Origin: Cyanobacteria bacterium P01_D01_bin.156
Lineage (GTDB): Bacteria; Cyanobacteriota; Cyanobacteriia; Phormidesmidales; Phormidesmidaceae
Length of the DNA: 64,000 nucleotides
Assembly: GCA_039024555.1 (NCBI GenBank)
Contig: JBCCQQ010000008.1
Location: forward strand, 32,001 to 96,000
Reading direction: 5' to 3'
Part shown: in pieces, positions 11,601 through 20,831 of the stretch
How the letters are laid out: every line of letters begins with the position of its first letter
Position numbering within the stretch: position 1 is the stretch's first letter
The notes under the pieces: model-generated
What the model saw: the letters and a program-made list of their open reading frames with translations, nothing else
The model's database searches: none
What the model was told of the DNA's origin: nothing
Made by a program: the position numbers and the translations under genes

Positions 11601-14600
11601 GCTGCTGGACCAGCCTCAGACGGTACAGCTGATTCTCTCTTCTGGGAAGGATGGTCAGACCTTTGAAATTCTCAGCCTGTCCCAAGCGGATAAATGGGTA
11701 CTCCACGCCACCGGACACATTGCCCACTCTGTTGTGAAGCAAGCACCTGTGCCCTTAGCAGAACTGCAGGCTAGCTGCACTGAAGAAATTGCCGTTGCCG
11801 ACTGCTATGACCGTTTAGCGGCCCAGGGGGTTACCTACGATGAAAACTTTCGGGCGCTACAACAGATCTGGCTCGGAGAAAATCAGGCCCTGAGCCGTTT
11901 GCAACTACCCCAAGGGATATTATCTACCCTGGGTGACTATGGTCTGCATCCAGTTTTAATGGATGCCTGTTTGCAAAGCATTGCGGCTATCTTTTTAGAC
12001 CACCCCACAGCCACCTATCTACCTGCTGCTGTGGAGCATGTGGCCATTGAGGAGATTACCACTGCTGACCTGTGGAGTCATATTCAAGTCAAAGCAGGAG
12101 ATAACTATCTTCTGGCCGATATTCATCTGTGGTCAGCAACAGGAGAGTATCTCGGCAGCTTAAGCGATTTGCGACTACAGCCCGCCAGCGTTGACCGGGT
12201 ATTGACGGCCGCAGAGTCTTTAGAGGACTGGTTCTACACCCTAGATTGGCAGCTTGAACCAATGGCCCAACTGACCTTGACTGGCGAAGTATCAAAGCGG
12301 ATTGCCCCCAGATTTACCCAAGCGTTGGCTCAGCCTGACATTATCTCTTACCAAGCGCTGCTACCCCAGCTAGGGCAATTAAGTTTAGGTTATGTGCAAC
12401 GGGCATTTACAGCCCTCCATGGCGACAATCATTTGCCAATGGACGGCGCTAAGCTAATAGAGCAATGGCAAATTGTACCCAGCCAACAGCGGCTATTTCT
12501 GCATCTGTGGACTCTGATTTCTCAAGGGTCAGAGGACTGGCAGAATGCACAGGCAACGACACTACTTAGCCGACAGGCCAGGGCTGAACTGACGCTGATC
12601 CAGCGCTGTGGAGAGAATTTAGCTGATGTTTTACAGGGCAAGATTGATCCGCTAACGCTGCTCTTCCCCGAAGGTGATTTAACGGACCTGACCCAGCTGT
12701 ATCAGTCGTCGCCAGGGGCACGGCTAATGAACGATTTGGTGAAGCAGGCTGTTGGCAGTGCAATCGCACCTCTAGCTCGGCCCCCCCGCATCCTAGAAAT
12801 CGGTGGCGGCACCGGCGGGACTACGGCTCATCTGCTACCCGAGTTGACTAAGGCAGACTACACCTTTACCGATATCTCTCCTCTGTTTATCGCCAAAGCA
12901 AAAGAACGCTTTGCTGACTTCGACAATGTTGCTTACCAGACGCTAGATATTGAGAAGTCTCCTATCGCTCAAGGATTCGAGTCCGACGCCTATGATTTGG
13001 TGATTGCATCTAATGTGCTCCACGCCACAGCAGATTTAGACCAGGCATTAACACATGTGCGATCGCTGTTATCCCCTGGGGGTCAGCTCGTGCTGCTAGA
13101 AGGTACTCAGCCCCTAGTATGGCTAGATCTTATTTTTGGCATGACCGAGGGCTGGTGGAAACGACCTGGTTATCCTCTACTTTCTGTTGCGCAATGGCAA
13201 ACTCAGCTACGAGCTGCAGGATTCACTGATTTGGTGTCTTTAGCACCGGAGTCATCACCCTCAACGCCCTTAGCTCAATCGGTTATTTTGGCCGCATCGC
13301 CCAAGGAAACTAGAGATTCTCTGATACTGGCGTCCCCCAATACTCCCCTAGCGACTCCCCTGGCAACCAAGCTAAACAGCCGTTTGGTTTACTTAGACCC
13401 TGAGAAGAAATCAGCGGACGCCATTAATCCATTACTGCCTGGGGAATTTGTGGCGTTACTAAACCAAAACCCTCAGCCTCAGCAAATCATTTATCTTGTG
13501 GGCACACCTGAGGAGTCTCTGGAGCAATATACACAACGAACATTGAGTGGCTTGCTCAATCTTGTACAGGCATTGGCCCGCACTGCAAACACTCAGCTTG
13601 TGATAGTTACCCAGGGCATGGCTGATGGCACCTATAATCCTGCCCAAGCTTTGGCCTGGGGAATGGGACGAGTAATTGAGCTAGAGTACCCCAGCTTACA
13701 CTGCTGCCGAATTGATCTTGAGCCGTCAATGTCAGTGGATAAACAGATTGAAACACTGGGTTACGAGCTATCCCAGAAAAGTGCTTCAGCCGCCATCCTA
13801 TATCGACAGGGGCAGCGTCGGGTAGCGCGTCTTATTTCAGAAAAGAACTCCGGTTTAGAGATACCTGAAAGTTTCTTTAAGTTAGCCCTTCCAAGTAAGG
13901 GATCTCCTGACGATTTACAGCTGATCTCTTTGGCTCGGCAACAGCCTGGCCCCGGTGAGGTGGAGATTCAAGTGCAGGCTGCTGGCCTAAACTTTATCGA
14001 TGTATTGGATTCTCTGGCCCTGCTTCCCTTTGAGCGAGACTGGCTAGGCGTAGAATGTGCTGGCACCGTTGTTGCCCTTGGAGAAAACGTGTCAGAGTTT
14101 CAAGTGGGCGACGCGGTTATGGCGCTTGCCCCTGGCAGTTTTCAGCAATATGTAACGGTAACAGCAGACCTGGTGGGGCATCGGCCTAAGGGCCTTAATG
14201 CGGCGGAAGCTGCCACTATTCCGGCCAACTTTTTGACCGCCGACTACGCTCTACGACAAATTGCCAAACTTCAACCTGGGGAAAAGGTTTTAATCCATGC
14301 GGCGGCTGGGGGCACTGGCATGGCTGCCGTGAAGGTTGCCCAGCAGATGGGTGCTGAAGTGTACGCCACAGCCAGCCCTAGTAAATGGGACGCCCTGCGA
14401 GCCCAGGGGATTACCCACATTATGAACTCTCGTACCCTGGATTTTGCCGATGAGATTATGGCGAAAACCAACGGCCAGGGCGTAAACATTGTCCTCAATT
14501 CTCTCTCGGGTGAATTCATCCCTAAGGGACTGTCGGTATTGGCACCCCAGGGAAGATTTTTAGAAATTGGTAAGCGCGATATCTGGACACTTGAAGACGT

Positions 14601-16083
14601 TGCCCAAACCAGGCCAGATGTTGCTTATCACGCCATTGACCTGATGTCGGTTGGGCGTCATCAACCGAACCAGATTCAATCAATGTTGCAAGCTTTAAAG
14701 CAGCTGTTTGAATCTGAGCAAATCACCATCATTCCTCATCAGGTCTTTCCTATTACTGAGGCACCCCAAGCATTTCGCCATATGCAACAGGCTCAGCACA
14801 TTGGCAAAATCGTGCTGGACTTTGTCCAAACCAAACCTCCTGCTATTCAAGCAGAGGCTACTTATCTAATTACGGGTGGCCTGGGTGGCTTAGGTATAGA
14901 AACCGCCAATTGGCTAGTAGAACAAGGAGCCCGTCATTTAGCTCTGCTCAGCCGTCGTTCTGTTTCTTCAGTAGATGCTATTCCTGAGCTAAAACAGCTG
15001 CAACAGCAAGGGGTGAAGATTCTGCTACTGCAGACAGATGTGGCGGTGAGTTCGCAACTACAAAACGCCCTACAGCAAATCGAAAAATCCCTGCCTCCCC
15101 TTAAGGGCGTAATCCATGCAGCAGGCGTACTGGAGGATGGTGTACTGCAGCAGCTGACCTGGGAAAAGATACAGTCCGTGCTAGCACCTAAAGTCTGGGG
15201 AGCCTGGAACCTGCATGAGTTAACAAAAGATTATTCTTTAGATTTGTTCGTGCTGTATTCGTCAGCCGCATCCCTTTTAGGTTCCCCCGGCCAGGGTGCC
15301 CATGTGGCTGCCAACAGTTTCCTGGATGCCCTGGCACACCATCGTCGCCACTGCGAAATGCCAGCCTTAAGTATCAACTGGGGTCCTTGGTCTGATGTCG
15401 GGTCAGCAGCGACAGATGCAATCCGCCAACAGATGCAATCTAGAGGAGTGGGCACCATCTCACCCCAGGCAGGGAAACAGGCACTTTCCAAGCTGCTGTT
15501 CAACCACAGTTCTCCCCAGGTTGGCGTTATCCCCATTGAATGGGGCCAGTTCCAGTATCAGGGCATTGGCCAAGATCCGTTCTTTGACAACTTTACTCAA
15601 GCGATATCCGTCAAGTCTCGTCCAGACACCGGCCAAACCCAGTCCACCGCTGATTGGTTTAAGGAGCTAGGCCAGCGACCCCAGCGGCAGCACATTGGAT
15701 TCTTGATCCAGGCCTTGCAAACCGAGGTTGCCAGGGTGTTGGGTCTGGGCCAACTGCCTGACACAACTACCAGCTTTTTTGACATGGGCATGGATTCTCT
15801 CATGGCAGTGGAACTTAAGAACCAGCTGGATAAGAACTTGGGCACCCCGGTGCCATCCACAATTATTTTTGAATTTCCCACTATTCGCACCCTGGCCACC
15901 CATCTGGTCGAAATGTTTAGCCAGTCCGACCAGCTTACTGATACTCGCTCTAGTCCGACAGGAGATCCTAAACCCAAGGCTCCTCCCGACGATCCCCCGC
16001 CTGATTTAGATATCACTTCAGAAGTCTCCTCCGACATTGAAGAAGAGCTAGCTGCCCTCGAAACTCTATTAGACCGGTCCTGA
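8620..16083 (+). CDS. Type I cis-AT PKS module 2: KS-AT-DH-cMT-ER-KR-ACP
   Basis: KS DTACSSS, HGTGT, KTNIGH. AT GHSIG and HGFH. DH EHQVFETTVFP and HPVLMD. cMT LEIGGGTGG and SNVLHAT. ER LIHAAAGGTG. KR TGGLGGLG and HAAGVLED. ACP MGMDSL. The start overlaps the previous stop (ATGA). Confidence 0.95.
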   Translation: MSNPSSISANEKRMARALQVIEKLQARLATHTEPIAIVGMGCRFPGNANDPQTFWQLLADRTDAISQVPDDRWDADTFYDTDPDAPGKIVTRNGGFIDHLKDFDATFFGISPREAVSMDPQQRLLLEVSWEAMEQGGMVPEQWISKPVGVFVGISSHDYSQHLSGRDETEIDAYLATGNAHSVAAGRLSYSLGFTGPSLVVDTACSSSLVAVHLACQSLRNQECKIALAGGVNRILAPEFSINFSKAHMLAPDGRCKAFSAAADGFSRGEGCGVVVLKRLSDALAQGDNVLAVVRGSAVNQDGRSSGLTVPNGPSQQSVIRQALNNAGVHPEQISYIEAHGTGTSLGDPIEMGALGAVFGQSHSPQNPLYVGSVKTNIGHLEAAAGIAGLIKVVLAMQHKTLPAHLHFQQPSPHIDWKNLPVTITADGIPWNNGKEKNRFAGISSFGFSGTNAHVIVESVEQPESRAAKANSAQGPYLLALSAKSPNALKELASRYGKKLAEADLRDLCWSAWALRSHHPHRLTLVADSSEEAQTQLNTFIAGQPSRVNTGKASQRAPKIAFLFTGQGSQYINMGRQLYETEPVFRDTIDHCAKILKKEGINLLELLYPEQGSRDNVGSRKSEVGSALQQTVNTQPALFALAYALTELWKSWGITPDGVLGHSIGEYAAACTAGVMDWDMGLKLIATRGRLMQDLPEGGGMAAVMASPEKINGYLAHGITVAAENGPNSTVLSGPLAELKNILDSLEKRGIQTKLLRVSHGFHSALMAPMLQDFASVAHSVAYQQPQIEMVSTVTGEAITESITADYWVGHIQQPVKFYPAIERVTDYDILIEIGPKPTLISLGRDCLSDWSGQWLPSLRPSRDGQVSERQTMLTSLGQLHVAGVKIQWPAAPSNRVALPTYPFQRQQYWIDVAARQVKQHRGQNPLLGERLRLARTKSVFFENEISVVSIPFLAEHQVFETTVFPAVGYLEMAMAAGKASGTGLRAVTFQQALLLDQPQTVQLILSSGKDGQTFEILSLSQADKWVLHATGHIAHSVVKQAPVPLAELQASCTEEIAVADCYDRLAAQGVTYDENFRALQQIWLGENQALSRLQLPQGILSTLGDYGLHPVLMDACLQSIAAIFLDHPTATYLPAAVEHVAIEEITTADLWSHIQVKAGDNYLLADIHLWSATGEYLGSLSDLRLQPASVDRVLTAAESLEDWFYTLDWQLEPMAQLTLTGEVSKRIAPRFTQALAQPDIISYQALLPQLGQLSLGYVQRAFTALHGDNHLPMDGAKLIEQWQIVPSQQRLFLHLWTLISQGSEDWQNAQATTLLSRQARAELTLIQRCGENLADVLQGKIDPLTLLFPEGDLTDLTQLYQSSPGARLMNDLVKQAVGSAIAPLARPPRILEIGGGTGGTTAHLLPELTKADYTFTDISPLFIAKAKERFADFDNVAYQTLDIEKSPIAQGFESDAYDLVIASNVLHATADLDQALTHVRSLLSPGGQLVLLEGTQPLVWLDLIFGMTEGWWKRPGYPLLSVAQWQTQLRAAGFTDLVSLAPESSPSTPLAQSVILAASPKETRDSLILASPNTPLATPLATKLNSRLVYLDPEKKSADAINPLLPGEFVALLNQNPQPQQIIYLVGTPEESLEQYTQRTLSGLLNLVQALARTANTQLVIVTQGMADGTYNPAQALAWGMGRVIELEYPSLHCCRIDLEPSMSVDKQIETLGYELSQKSASAAILYRQGQRRVARLISEKNSGLEIPESFFKLALPSKGSPDDLQLISLARQQPGPGEVEIQVQAAGLNFIDVLDSLALLPFERDWLGVECAGTVVALGENVSEFQVGDAVMALAPGSFQQYVTVTADLVGHRPKGLNAAEAATIPANFLTADYALRQIAKLQPGEKVLIHAAAGGTGMAAVKVAQQMGAEVYATASPSKWDALRAQGITHIMNSRTLDFADEIMAKTNGQGVNIVLNSLSGEFIPKGLSVLAPQGRFLEIGKRDIWTLEDVAQTRPDVAYHAIDLMSVGRHQPNQIQSMLQALKQLFESEQITIIPHQVFPITEAPQAFRHMQQAQHIGKIVLDFVQTKPPAIQAEATYLITGGLGGLGIETANWLVEQGARHLALLSRRSVSSVDAIPELKQLQQQGVKILLLQTDVAVSSQLQNALQQIEKSLPPLKGVIHAAGVLEDGVLQQLTWEKIQSVLAPKVWGAWNLHELTKDYSLDLFVLYSSAASLLGSPGQGAHVAANSFLDALAHHRRHCEMPALSINWGPWSDVGSAATDAIRQQMQSRGVGTISPQAGKQALSKLLFNHSSPQVGVIPIEWGQFQYQGIGQDPFFDNFTQAISVKSRPDTGQTQSTADWFKELGQRPQRQHIGFLIQALQTEVARVLGLGQLPDTTTSFFDMGMDSLMAVELKNQLDKNLGTPVPSTIIFEFPTIRTLATHLVEMFSQSDQLTDTRSSPTGDPKPKAPPDDPPPDLDITSEVSSDIEEELAALETLLDRS
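10446..10497 (+). repeat. In-frame tandem repeat in the PKS2 AT domain: GGAGCA(A/G)G x2 then (GTCGGAA)x4
   Basis: Read directly. GTCGGAA units span 10468-10495. The region encodes EQGSRDNVGSRKSEVGS. Confidence 0.9.
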
Positions 16084-16098
16084 TTCTGCCCCACTGTT

Positions 16099-19000
16099 AT
16101 GAGTGACACCCTTAAAACTACTAACAATGCCACATCAGACCGCGTGTTTCGTGCCCTAAAAGAGGCGCGATCTCAGCTGGAAGCCATCGAGCAAGCGCGC
16201 AATGAGCGAGTGGCCGTTGTCGGCATGGCCGGTCGCTTTCCAGGTGCAGACAACCTGGAAGAGTTTTGGCACATGTTGGTAAACGGGGAAACCGGCATTC
16301 GCATGCTTTCAGAAGATGAGCTACTAGCGGCAGGAGTACCAGAAAGTACTTTCAAACAGCCTAATTATGTGCCTGCTTACGCCAGCTTTACCGACCCCAC
16401 ACAGTTTGATGCTCGATTTTTTGGCTATTCTCCCCGTGAGGCAGAACTAATCGACCCGCAGCATCGAGTGTTTCTAGAATGTGCCTGGGCCGCTCTAGAA
16501 GACGCGGGCTACGACAGCCAGCAGTATGACGGCGCCATTGGCGTTTATGGCGGCGCTGCCCTCAATAGCTACGTGGTTAATCTTCACTCCAATCCAGCCA
16601 TACGAGACTCCACAGACCCAGTGCAGGCCGTGGTCAGTAATGTGATGGGCCTGATGCCCACCCGAGTTTCTTATCAGTTAGACCTTAGAGGTCCCAGCTG
16701 CGGCATCCAGACCGGTTGCTCCACCGCCCTGGTGGCTATTCACACCGCATGCCAGAGTCTCCTTAGCCATGAATGTGATATGGCCTTAGCAGGTGGAGTA
16801 ACCGTCAGCAATGCAACGCCCCAAGGATACACCTACCAACCCGATAGCATTGCCGCACCAGACGGTGTCTGTCGTGCCTTTGACGCTAAAGGGCAGGGTA
16901 CCCTATTTGGCAATGGTGTCGGTCTAGTAGTGCTAAAAAGACTCCAGGCTGCCCTGCGGGACGGCGACTACATTTACGGCGTGGTCAAGGGCTCAGCTAT
17001 TAATAACGATGGCGCAGACAAGGTGGGTCTCACCGCTCCCAGCATTTCCGGTCAAGCTAAAGTAATTCAAACTGCCCTAGACCAGGCAGGGATTGCGCCT
17101 AACACCATTAGCTATGTGGAGGGCCACGGTACCGGTACTCCCCTGGGTGACCCCATCGAAGTGGCCGCATTAAACAAAGTCTTCAACTATCCCCAGTCAG
17201 AAGAATTCCGCTGTGCGTTGGGATCTGTCAAAACAAACCTTGGGCACCTAGATGCAGCGGCAGGGGCAGCTGGATTTATAAAAACCGTACTGGCCCTTAA
17301 ACACAAAATTCTTCCACCCAGCCTAAATTTTGAGAAACCCAACCCTAGAATTGACTTCGATCAGGGACCATTTTTTGTCAATCATGAACGTACCGATTGG
17401 GTTAGTGAAACGCCAAAACGTGCTGGAGTAAGCTCTTTTGGCATGGGCGGCACCAATGCCCACGTAATTTTAGAAGAAGCTCCTGTTGCAGAACCTAACA
17501 ACAAAGGTGATGAAACAGAGTCTCGCCCCTGGCAGCTAGTGATGCTCTCTGCTAAGACGCCCACAGCATTGAAACAAATGCAGCACAATCTGGTTGACCA
17601 TCTAAGGGCTCATCCAGATTTACCAATCGCTGATGTGGCCTACACACTGCAGGTGGGTCGTCGTTCCTGGCAACATCGTTGTGTTTATCTATGTCAGACC
17701 ACAGCGGAAGCCATAGATTTACTGTCGGCAACTGAGTCTCCGCTCCAACTTTCTGGTGTAGCCGATCAGGATGAGCGTTCTATCATTTTTATGTTCTCTG
17801 GTCAGGGTTCTCAGCATGTCAACATGGCCCTAGACCTATATGAGTCAGAACCTGTTTTTCGAGCAACCCTCGATCAATGTGCCACCATCTTAGGTGACAG
17901 ATTTGACCTTCTGGCAGCACTTTATCCTAGGCAGAAGAGAAAGGCATTAAGTGGGCAGTCCGACTTCCAACTTCCTCTCACCCATACGGCCAACGCCCAG
18001 CCCACCCTCTTTGTTATAGAGTACGCCCTGGCACAAACCTATCTCTCCTGGGGAATTCAGCCCCATGCGGTGATTGGCCATAGCATTGGGGAATATGTAG
18101 CCGCCTGTGTTGCTGGGATATTTTCTCTAGAGGATGCGCTGACTTTGGTATTGAAGCGAGGGCAACTGATGCAACAGTGTCGGCCAGGGTCAATGCTGTC
18201 GGTGCTGCAATCGGCGGATGTGGTGCGACCTCATCTCCCTGCCAACACTGAGATCGCTGTTATCAATAGTCCACACACCTGCGTTGTATCTGGCCCTACA
18301 AATGTCATCGAAACTCTCAAGACACAGTTAGAAAGCCAGACCATTCCCTGTCGCCTGCTAGAAACTTCCCACGCATTTCATTCTTCCCTGATGGAATCTG
18401 CCTTGGCCGACTTTGATCAGGCACTGCAACAGGTTTCCTTTAACGCACCAAATATCGACATTATTTCCAACGTCTCTGGCACCTGGCTCACAGATACAGA
18501 AGCTACCAACTGTGAATACTGGAAACAGCACCTGCGGCAGACAGTGCTATTTAGTCAAGGAATAACCAAGCTGTTACAGCTAAGTAATCCTGTCTTCTTA
18601 GAACTGGGTCCAGGACATACTCTTACCAAGCTGGTGCAGCAGCATATCTCCTCAGAGCGAAGCTCACATAGCACTGCTATCCAATCTTTGCCCCACCCAC
18701 GCGAGAATAAACCTGACACCGTCACCCTGATGACAGCCCTGAGTAAACTTTGGCTGGCAGGCGTTTCCATTCCATGGGGCAAGTTTTACCAGTCCGAACA
18801 GCGGTATCGCCTACCCTTGCCTACCTATCCTTTTGAGCGAGAGTCCTACTGGATTCCGTTAGAAGAAAGTAGGGTAACTCGGGTTTCTGAAAAATCAGAT
18901 GAATTGGCTAAAACTACCGATATGGCCGACTGGTTTTACATCCCTTCTTGGCAACGTCGACCGGTTACCCGGCCATTGCCGGAGCGCACCAGTGAGTGTT

Positions 19001-20751
19001 GGGTTGTGTTTACGGATGTCCCCAAGCATTGGCAGTCTCTAACCAACAAAGTCAATAAGATTATTTGGGTAACCCCTGGGACAAAATTCTCAGTCAATGG
19101 AGACCGCTACACTATCCATCCTCAAGAGAAAGCTGATTACCAACGCTTAGTAGCCTCTCTAGAAAAAGAGAGTCCAACACAAATAGTTTGCGGATGGGGA
19201 TTATCTTCTGATTTTAATAACGAGTTTCAGTCTTTGCTGTGGCTTATCCAGGCATTAGCAGATACCGACCTAATCCTGTCTGTGCTCACCTGTAATATAC
19301 AGTCTGTCACTGGTGGAGAAGCCCTGAATCTTGACGAGGCTAATGTACTTGGCCTATGTCAGGTAACCCCTCAAGAATATCCAAATGTACGCTGTCGCCA
19401 TATTGATCTGGGCAATATACCTGTCGACCTCCAAGGTGTAATCCAGGAGCTATGTCTGGATTACACTTTAGAAAATCGCTTAATAGCCTATCGCCATGGC
19501 AAACGCTGGCGACAGGCCTATGAACAGATTTCCTTACCCGAACAAACACCCGCCCTCTTAAAACAAGGTGGAACTTACCTGATTGCAGGCGACCTAGTGG
19601 ACGGATTGGGTATGGTATATGCCCAGGCTTTGGTTAAAAACCTTGATGCAAAGCTTATTTTGCTGGGTAGGCCCGGACTCCCAGCCTCTGGTGAATGGGA
19701 AAAGTGGTTAGCCACCCATGGTGCCAACCACAGCGTTAGTTGTTTGATTCGGAAACTGCAGTCCCTTGGCACCGTAGGTGAAACATTTCTTTGGTTCAGC
19801 GGAGATTTAGCCGATACTGCCTGGGTACAAGCTACTGTTACCCAGGCCATGGAAAAATTGGGTGAGATAACGGGAGTTTTCCATGCAGACGTGATGGGCG
19901 ATCAGGCCAGTTGTCCCATTAACAAACTAGGCGAAAGTGACTACCATCGCATCTGTCGGACTAAAGTCCAGGGCATTCAGGTTTTGCAACAAGTCCTTGC
20001 CGACCAGTTAGTTGGTTTCTATGTTCTGCAGTCATCGTTGTCTACCGTTGTTGGCGGCGTTGGGTTTGCCGCCTATGCTGGAGCCAACAGCTATCTTGAT
20101 ACTTTGGCCCACCAAAACAATTTCACTACCCAACCTTGGCTGAGTCTCAATTGGGATGCTTGCCAGCTAAATGAAGCAGCAAGCAGTTCTAACTCCATAT
20201 TGATGGCATCAGCTATGTCTGGCGATGAAGTCTGGCAAACAACTCAGCGAGCCTTAGCTCAAGTCCACAATCCCGCCAGTTGTCCACAGTTGGTGATCTC
20301 ACCACGAAATTTAAAGAACCGCATTATCAATGCATTTACTCCCACCCAAGCAGCAGTAGCTCAAGAATCTTCTTCTGGCAGCAATATGCCTGCCCATGCT
20401 CGACCAGCCCTAACTGCCCCCTATGTCGCTCCCCGTAGTGATATTGAAAAAACAGTAGCCGAGGCCATGGGAGACCTGTTAGGCATTGATGCCGTGGGTG
20501 TTAATGATAATTTCTTTGAACTGGGGGGGCACTCCCTTCTAGCCATTCAGGCAGTTACACGATTACGACAAGAATTTCAAGTGGACTTGCCCATGCGGGC
20601 CTTTCTCTTTGGAGAGCCAACTGTTGCCGGAATAGCCAAAATCATTACTGAGAATCAAGTCTTACTACCCGACGATACACAATCAACCATAGAAAATTTA
20701 CTCGATCAGATTGAGGAAATGAATTCCGAAGAAGTGGAGCAAAGATTATGA
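16099..20751 (+). CDS. Type I PKS module 3: KS-AT-(degenerate KR)-ACP/PCP-like carrier
   Basis: KS QTGCSTA, HGTGT, KTNLGH. AT GHSIG and HAFH. KR-like region with an altered nucleotide-binding motif (YLIAGDLVDGLG) but YAGAN retained. The carrier DNFFELGGHSL is of the PCP-like type seen before NRPS modules. Confidence 0.92.
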   Translation: MSDTLKTTNNATSDRVFRALKEARSQLEAIEQARNERVAVVGMAGRFPGADNLEEFWHMLVNGETGIRMLSEDELLAAGVPESTFKQPNYVPAYASFTDPTQFDARFFGYSPREAELIDPQHRVFLECAWAALEDAGYDSQQYDGAIGVYGGAALNSYVVNLHSNPAIRDSTDPVQAVVSNVMGLMPTRVSYQLDLRGPSCGIQTGCSTALVAIHTACQSLLSHECDMALAGGVTVSNATPQGYTYQPDSIAAPDGVCRAFDAKGQGTLFGNGVGLVVLKRLQAALRDGDYIYGVVKGSAINNDGADKVGLTAPSISGQAKVIQTALDQAGIAPNTISYVEGHGTGTPLGDPIEVAALNKVFNYPQSEEFRCALGSVKTNLGHLDAAAGAAGFIKTVLALKHKILPPSLNFEKPNPRIDFDQGPFFVNHERTDWVSETPKRAGVSSFGMGGTNAHVILEEAPVAEPNNKGDETESRPWQLVMLSAKTPTALKQMQHNLVDHLRAHPDLPIADVAYTLQVGRRSWQHRCVYLCQTTAEAIDLLSATESPLQLSGVADQDERSIIFMFSGQGSQHVNMALDLYESEPVFRATLDQCATILGDRFDLLAALYPRQKRKALSGQSDFQLPLTHTANAQPTLFVIEYALAQTYLSWGIQPHAVIGHSIGEYVAACVAGIFSLEDALTLVLKRGQLMQQCRPGSMLSVLQSADVVRPHLPANTEIAVINSPHTCVVSGPTNVIETLKTQLESQTIPCRLLETSHAFHSSLMESALADFDQALQQVSFNAPNIDIISNVSGTWLTDTEATNCEYWKQHLRQTVLFSQGITKLLQLSNPVFLELGPGHTLTKLVQQHISSERSSHSTAIQSLPHPRENKPDTVTLMTALSKLWLAGVSIPWGKFYQSEQRYRLPLPTYPFERESYWIPLEESRVTRVSEKSDELAKTTDMADWFYIPSWQRRPVTRPLPERTSECWVVFTDVPKHWQSLTNKVNKIIWVTPGTKFSVNGDRYTIHPQEKADYQRLVASLEKESPTQIVCGWGLSSDFNNEFQSLLWLIQALADTDLILSVLTCNIQSVTGGEALNLDEANVLGLCQVTPQEYPNVRCRHIDLGNIPVDLQGVIQELCLDYTLENRLIAYRHGKRWRQAYEQISLPEQTPALLKQGGTYLIAGDLVDGLGMVYAQALVKNLDAKLILLGRPGLPASGEWEKWLATHGANHSVSCLIRKLQSLGTVGETFLWFSGDLADTAWVQATVTQAMEKLGEITGVFHADVMGDQASCPINKLGESDYHRICRTKVQGIQVLQQVLADQLVGFYVLQSSLSTVVGGVGFAAYAGANSYLDTLAHQNNFTTQPWLSLNWDACQLNEAASSSNSILMASAMSGDEVWQTTQRALAQVHNPASCPQLVISPRNLKNRIINAFTPTQAAVAQESSSGSNMPAHARPALTAPYVAPRSDIEKTVAEAMGDLLGIDAVGVNDNFFELGGHSLLAIQAVTRLRQEFQVDLPMRAFLFGEPTVAGIAKIITENQVLLPDDTQSTIENLLDQIEEMNSEEVEQRL

Positions 20752-20831
20752 TTAATTTCTGATTAAATTTCCCTGATAATTGGCCAACCAAATCAATCTT
20801 CTTACTCTCAACTTTCTTAAGACACAAAGAT

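Noticed and set aside
15950..16010. Pro/Asp-rich stretch (SSPTGDPKPKAPPDDPPPD) at the end of PKS2
   Set aside because: It looks like an ordinary low-complexity linker between the ACP and the docking helix, with no clear nucleotide repeat unit.
20740..20831. AT-rich gap before the monooxygenase with GATTAT/GATAAT words, as a Fur box or internal promoter
   Set aside because: The match to the 19-bp Fur inverted repeat is only partial, and I cannot define convincing promoter elements by eye.
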